Part shown: piece by piece, positions 59,331 to 64,000 of the stretch
How positions within the stretch are numbered: the first letter of the stretch is position 1
How the letters are laid out: every line of letters starts with the position of its first letter
Assembly: GCA_963725865.1 (NCBI GenBank)
Contig: CAVSAC010000014.1
Coordinates: 416,001 to 480,000 of the forward strand
Length of the DNA stretch: 64,000 bases
Direction: 5' to 3'
Source of the DNA: Candidatus Eiseniibacteriota bacterium
Lineage (GTDB): Bacteria; Eisenbacteria; RBG-16-71-46
Made by a program: the position numbers and the translations under genes
Notes under the pieces: generated by a model
The model's input: only the letters and a program-made list of their open reading frames with translations
Told to the model about the DNA's origin: nothing
Database searches by the model: none

Positions 59331-60047
59331 TCACCCGACCAGCGCCGGCAGCGCCTCGCCCGCCTTCGCGCGCACCGCGATCACGCGGTGGGTGTGCCCG
59401 GTCTCGTCGGGGTTCACCTCGATCACCGGGATGTCGCGATGGAACGCGACGTGGGCGAGGCCGGCGGCCGGGTACACCACGCCGCTGGTGCCCACGATGA
59501 GCACCGCGTCGGCCTCCGCGATCGCATCGGCGGCGCGCTCCATCGCGCCGGCCGGCAGCGCTTCCCCGAACCACACCACGCCCGGACGCTCGAGCCCGCC
59601 GCACGCGCAGCGCGGGGGCAGCGCGGGCAGCGGCGTGGTGCGGTCCACGCGCTCGGCTCCGCAGCGCGTGCAGCGCAGCGTCCAGAGGTCGCCGTGCAGA
59701 TGGAGGACGTTACGGCTGCCGGCCACCGCGTGCAGTCCGTCCACGTTCTGCGTCACGAGCAGGAACGACGCGCAGCGCTGCTCGAGCCGCACCAGCGCCG
59801 CGTGTCCGGGGTTCGGGCGCGTGGCGGCGACGAGTCCGCGCCGCCAGTCGTACCACTGCCACACCAGCAGCGGATCACGCGCGAACGCCTCGGGCGTCGC
59901 GAGGTCCTCGGGGCGGTGCGAGCGCCACAGTCCGTCGGGGCCGCGGAACGTGGGCACCCCGCTCTCGGCCGAGATCCCGGCGCCGGTCATCGCCACCACG
60001 CGGCGCGCCCGCGTGAGCAGCTCGCGTCCCCGGTCGAGTGCGTCCAT
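59331..60047 (-). CDS. cobB: NAD-dependent protein deacylase (sirtuin)
   Basis: TGAGISAESGVPTFRG, WYDWRR, TQNVDGLH, HG, Zn-binding Cys pairs, RPGVVWFGE, GTSGVVYPAA. Confidence 0.95.
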   Translation of the reverse strand: MDALDRGRELLTRARRVVAMTGAGISAESGVPTFRGPDGLWRSHRPEDLATPEAFARDPLLVWQWYDWRRGLVAATRPNPGHAALVRLEQRCASFLLVTQNVDGLHAVAGSRNVLHLHGDLWTLRCTRCGAERVDRTTPLPALPPRCACGGLERPGVVWFGEALPAGAMERAADAIAEADAVLIVGTSGVVYPAAGLAHVAFHRDIPVIEVNPDETGHTHRVIAVRAKAGEALPALVG

Positions 60048-60225
60048 GGCGGCCATCCTACCCGCGCTGTGACGGAAGCGCCTCCGGTGTCTCCCTACGG
60101 AAGACTCCCCGAGTGTGCCGCGCGCCCGACCCTTTCCCCAGGAGACAGCCATGCGCGCACCCCACCCTCTCGTCGTCCTCGCCGCCGGCATCGAGTTCTG
60201 ATCCGCGTCCGCGAACGAGGCGCGA

Positions 60226-60255
60226 CGCCCCCGGCGCTGGCAGGCGCCGGGGGCG
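60226..60255. terminator. GC hairpin
   Basis: cgcccccggcgc-tggcag-gcgccgggggcg. Confidence 0.5.
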
Positions 60256-60354
60256 TTCGCAATCAAGCCGCTGGGCAAAGAGCGGGGCCCGGCGCTCTCG
60301 TCGCCGGGCCCGCCCGGGGGTGCTGCCGACGGCACGTCGCCGTCGTGCAGCGGC

Positions 60355-61029
60355 TCAGCGGCCAAACTGGTGCTGCAGTCCCACCATCACGCGCGGTGCG
60401 TAGCGCGGTTGATGGATGGCGCGGTCCGCGTCCCTCCACGTGTAGTTGTCGACCGGGCTGACCGACGTGCCGTCGGGGCTGTACGAGCTGTCGTGACCCG
60501 ACAACGTCGCGTTCGCGAACCAGTCGAAGCCTCCGCTCACCACCAGCTCGGTCTCCGGTCCGGTCGGCCAGCGGTGCTCGAGCGCTCCGCCGAACCCCCA
60601 CTGGTCGGTGTTGATGAAGAAGGTCTCGTTGCCGCCGACGAAATCGTAGTCGCCGCGAAACTTCGAGTAGCGCGGCCCGAGCGCCAGCCACCAGTCCCGG
60701 AGCGGCCCGCGCTCCAGGTGGTGCAACACGTCCATGCGCAGATCCCACCGATGTCCGCTCTTGCTGGGGTCGCCGTTGTCGTTGGCGTTGATGAAGACAT
60801 GGCGCGCCTCGAGCGCGTCGCCGGGATCCAGGCGCCAGTAGCCGGCACCGAGGCGCGCGGAGAACGGCAATCCCTGCGCGATGTCGGAGAACGTCACGTC
60901 GGCCTGGCCGCCGAGCCCCGCGTTTACGCCCAGGGACAGGCCGCCGCTGGTCTTCACGGTGGCCGATGCCGCCAGCGGCGCGGCCAGCGCGAGGATCACG
61001 AGGGCGAGGACGAATGGACGATGCCGCAT
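60355..61029 (-). CDS. Outer-membrane beta-barrel protein (hypothetical)
   Basis: Signal peptide, alternating beta-strand pattern, terminal VMVGLQHQF; RBS GGAGG. Confidence 0.7.
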   Translation of the reverse strand: MRHRPFVLALVILALAAPLAASATVKTSGGLSLGVNAGLGGQADVTFSDIAQGLPFSARLGAGYWRLDPGDALEARHVFINANDNGDPSKSGHRWDLRMDVLHHLERGPLRDWWLALGPRYSKFRGDYDFVGGNETFFINTDQWGFGGALEHRWPTGPETELVVSGGFDWFANATLSGHDSSYSPDGTSVSPVDNYTWRDADRAIHQPRYAPRVMVGLQHQFGR

Positions 61030-61499
61030 GATCGGGGCCTCCGATGGTGTCGGGATCATGGCACCGCGGCCTATGTATCAATGACCGTGCCGCCAGCCGT
61101 GAGTCGGGTCGAACGCCCGCTGCCCCCGCGCGCGGGTCCAGGTTCCCATCGCGGGCTGCGGGAATCAGTTGCCGCGACGAGCCGGGCTGGAGATCCGACC
61201 CGATCGTCGGCGCGGGGCGCGCGCACGGAAACACGATCCGTCCTTTGGAAACCGCACGATCGGGGATGCGCGACGCGACGACGTCCGCGGGGTGCAGCGA
61301 GGCGGCACGCGGCGGCGCGGGGTCGCGCGCCGTGCAGATCGCGACGGATCGGCGCGCCGCGTCGCTCGCGCTGCGTGATCTCACCCGAAGCGGGTCGCGA
61401 CCGGGCGGCTTTCCCGACGCTCAGAGGTGCGCGCGGCGTTGGCCTCATTCTTCCATGTCCCAAGGTGCCCACCCTTGCGGGCATCAACGGGAGGTGCGC

Positions 61500-62903
61500 A
61501 TGATCCGGTTCCTCGTCGCGCGACGGATCGCGCTCGTCCTCGTTCTGGTCTCCGCCGCGTCATGGGTGACGCGTGCAGGAGCGCAGTGCCCGATCACGGG
61601 GCCCGACGTCGTGTGCGGCACCCCGGTCCAGCTCTGCGGTCCGCCCTTCGCCGTGACGTTCCAGTGGCAGCTGCCCGACGGCAGCACCGCGAGCACTCCT
61701 TGTATCACCGCCACGCAGCCGGGCAGCTACTCGCTGCGCTACTACGACGGTGACAACCGGCTGTGGTTCGGCCCCTGCACGAAGGTCCTGGCGCCCGGCT
61801 CGGTGACCGCGCTCGCGTGCTCGATCGACGGTCCCACGACCGGATGCGTCGGCGACCAGCTGACGCTCTGCGCGCCCGCGGGGATGGCCACGTACGCGTG
61901 GAGCGGTCCCAACGGCTTCGCCGACACCGCGTCGTGCGTGGTCGTGACCGAGTCCGGGCTCTACCAGCTCACGGTGACCGACGGGGGCTGCGGCGTCGGC
62001 ACGTGCGAAGCCACCGTCACGCTGACCACCTGCGGTGGGCCGCGCACCGCGTGTCCGCGCCCGCCGTCGTTCTTCGCGGCGGCGTGCGGGAGCGTCGCGA
62101 GCTCCACGCCCAAGCTCACCGACGTGCAGATGGCGGAGCTGACCGCGTGCGTGGACGATCGCTCGGCGGCGCTGTCGTGGAGCGATCCGCAGGCCGGCTT
62201 CTGCGGCCTGATGCGGTCGGATCCGCACACGCTGAGGGAGAGCGCGCTGCGCCAGCTCGGATCCGTGTGGGCGAACGTGTGCGCTGGCGACCTCGGCATC
62301 GCGCCGCGACGCGGGCTGCCCATCGTCCTCGACCCGGCCACGCCGGTGCAGCTGCCGTGGCTCTATCGCGGGACCGTCGGCGAGTGGCTCGCGAAGTCGG
62401 ACGCCCGCATGGTGGAACTCGCGGGCCGTCGTGAGCGCGACGGCGCGGTGCGCGCGGCGTACGCGTCGATCATCACCGTGGGCTGGTTCATCGACCACGG
62501 CGTCGGCATCGGCCCCACCTGCCTGCATCCGCGCGGCGCGAGCGCGCCCGTCACGGCCACCCCGGACATCGTGGTGGACGGCGAGAGCCTCGCGTCCGAG
62601 CTGACCGCCCTCGCCACGCCGGGCCTGTCGCTCGGTCGGCCGAGCCCCAATCCGTTCGCGGGCGAGATGACGCTCGAGTACGCGATCGAGGGCGTCGGTG
62701 CGGAGGACGTGCACATCGGCGTGTACGACGTCTCGGGCCGCATGGTGCGCGAGCTGTTGAGCGGGCGCCAGCAGCCGGGCAGCTACCAGCTGCGGTGGGA
62801 CGGTCGCGACGCGAGCGGTGTGCCGGCGCGTGGCGGCGTGTACTTCGTGATCGGCCGCCTCGGCGACCAGCGCGTCGAGACCCGCGTGACCATGATGCGT
62901 TAG
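61500..62903 (+). CDS. Secreted Cys-rich Ig-like repeat protein with C-terminal FlgD-Ig domain
   Basis: Signal peptide, two CxIxGP...LC...W..P.G...C...G.Y repeats, PNPF...IGVYDVSGRMVR...WDGRD..G...GVYF. Confidence 0.85.
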   Translation: MIRFLVARRIALVLVLVSAASWVTRAGAQCPITGPDVVCGTPVQLCGPPFAVTFQWQLPDGSTASTPCITATQPGSYSLRYYDGDNRLWFGPCTKVLAPGSVTALACSIDGPTTGCVGDQLTLCAPAGMATYAWSGPNGFADTASCVVVTESGLYQLTVTDGGCGVGTCEATVTLTTCGGPRTACPRPPSFFAAACGSVASSTPKLTDVQMAELTACVDDRSAALSWSDPQAGFCGLMRSDPHTLRESALRQLGSVWANVCAGDLGIAPRRGLPIVLDPATPVQLPWLYRGTVGEWLAKSDARMVELAGRRERDGAVRAAYASIITVGWFIDHGVGIGPTCLHPRGASAPVTATPDIVVDGESLASELTALATPGLSLGRPSPNPFAGEMTLEYAIEGVGAEDVHIGVYDVSGRMVRELLSGRQQPGSYQLRWDGRDASGVPARGGVYFVIGRLGDQRVETRVTMMR

Positions 62904-62927
62904 CGGTCCCGTCGACGCCGCGCGATC

Positions 62928-62958
62928 CGCCGCCCGGAGGGCTCCCCTCCGGGCGGCG
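62928..62958. terminator. Hairpin between convergent genes
   Basis: cgccgcccggaggg-ctc-ccctccgggcggcg. Confidence 0.6.
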
Positions 62959-62981
62959 CGGCGTTGGGGGCCACGGGCGGC

Positions 62982-63344
62982 TCAGTCGGCGCGATGCGCG
63001 AGCTCGGGCGCGAACGCGGGCACGCAGACCGCGACATACTCCGCGCCCTCGGCGAGCGGCGTCGAGTAGCGCACCGTCTCGCCCGCGCGCGTGAGCACGC
63101 CCTCGTCCGCGCGCACGTCGATCGTGCCGCCCGCGTGCTCGATCCTCAGCAGGCCCCGCAACACGACCGTGTACTCGTCGAACTCGGGCGTCTGCGCGGG
63201 CTCGATCCAACCACCGGGCGCCCGCATGTGGGCGATGCTGACCGACGTGGTGCCGGTGTTGACCCGGCCGACGTACTCGTCGATGAGCTTCGGCGGCTCG
63301 CCGGGGGGTGTGATGCGGGTGGGCACGGGAATGTGAATGGGCAC
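62982..63344 (-). CDS. Cupin domain protein
   Basis: PKLIDEYVGRVN, EPAQTPEFDEYTVV, CVPAF; GTG start after AGGAGG. Confidence 0.85.
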   Translation of the reverse strand: MPIHIPVPTRITPPGEPPKLIDEYVGRVNTGTTSVSIAHMRAPGGWIEPAQTPEFDEYTVVLRGLLRIEHAGGTIDVRADEGVLTRAGETVRYSTPLAEGAEYVAVCVPAFAPELAHRAD

Positions 63345-63570
63345 CGGAGCTCCTCCTGGATCGGGATGGTTGCGCGCACTCTCGCTCCCCGCCTCCGTGG
63401 CGGCAAGCGGCGCGACGGTCCGCGTGCGCGCCCAGGTCCGGCCCGCCGGGCGCCGACGCGGGTCCCGAATCCGCGCTCGCGGCGGTGCGCACACGCCCAC
63501 GCACCCGCGCGGCGACCGCCGCTCGCACCCGCGTTGACGGGAAGCCGCCCGCGCGGCGAGCATCCCCGCC

Positions 63571-64000
63571 ATGCCCGAGTTGCCGGACATCACCGTCTAC
63601 GTCGAACACCTCCGGCGCCGGCTGGCGGACGCCACGCTGGTCCGGTGCCGCGTGCGCAGCCTCAACCTCATGCGCACCGCGGTGCCGCCGCTGTCGGCGG
63701 TCGAGGGGCGGCACGTCCGCGGCGTCGAGCGCATGGGCAAGCGCATCGTGCTGCACCTCGAAGGCGACCTGGCGCTGGTGTTCCATCTGATGATCGCGGG
63801 CCGCTTGCGCTGGAAGCCGACCGGCGCGGCGGTGCCGGGCAAGGTCGGGCTCGCGGCGTTCGACTTCACGACCGGCACGTTGCTGCTGACCGAGGCCAGC
63901 TCGCACCAGCGCGCGGGCCTCCACGTGGTCGAGGGCGCGGACGCGCTGCGCGCGCTCGACCCCGGCGGGCTCGAGGTGCTCGATGCCCCGCTCGCCGCGT
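63571..64000 (+). CDS. Fpg/Nei family DNA glycosylase (partial)
   Basis: Catalytic N-terminus MPELPD, RMGKR, HLMIAGRL. Confidence 0.9.
   Translation, partial: MPELPDITVYVEHLRRRLADATLVRCRVRSLNLMRTAVPPLSAVEGRHVRGVERMGKRIVLHLEGDLALVFHLMIAGRLRWKPTGAAVPGKVGLAAFDFTTGTLLLTEASSHQRAGLHVVEGADALRALDPGGLEVLDAPLAA

Noticed and set aside
52279..60072. 2597-aa giant ORF
   Set aside because: Artefact: off-frame M32 sequence, the GH38-like gene, the aminotransferase and off-frame downstream genes joined by two single-base indels and by stop-poor GC-rich DNA.

Overview
A very GC-rich bacterial chromosomal window. FlgD/T9SS-like C-terminal domains and the gene repertoire suggest an FCB-group lineage such as Ca. 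Eisenbacteria (inference only). Left to right: a c-di-GMP/histidine-kinase operon behind a near-consensus sigma28-type promoter (REC-GGDEF, GAF-HK-GAF-HD-GYP, GAF-HK); tsaD, cutA and a methyltransferase; a secreted-protein operon led by a signal-peptide ORF carrying an RGPP motif; an esterase, a frameshifted ABC exporter and TPR/hypothetical genes; a rhodanese + MauE/DoxX pair; an arcE-like/rocD/argF arginine-ornithine operon with a candidate sigma54 promoter; a metal-uptake locus in which a CxxC/RAPP (DUF2946/CruR-like) leader ORF and a truncated resident porin gene are followed by a lower-GC replacement cassette (porin, SBP, permease, TonB receptor) ending in a tyrosine-recombinase remnant and a resident permease remnant; a divergent group 3b [NiFe]-hydrogenase operon; MFS, cyclophilin, lhgO and gdhA; two truncated PEP-synthase-like dikinases (one fused to a GAF-like sensor and a nucleotidyltransferase) facing a metallophosphoesterase; DUF47-pit; an ISNCY/IS1202-like element; GT-C membrane proteins, PEBP, M32 peptidase, a GH38-like secreted enzyme, an aminotransferase, a MATE-like protein, cobB, an OMP, a Cys-rich secreted protein, a cupin and a partial Fpg/Nei gene. 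Three genes carry single +1 indels, probably assembly errors. No rRNA, tRNA or CRISPR array was recognised. All calls come from motif recognition by eye; no searches were run.
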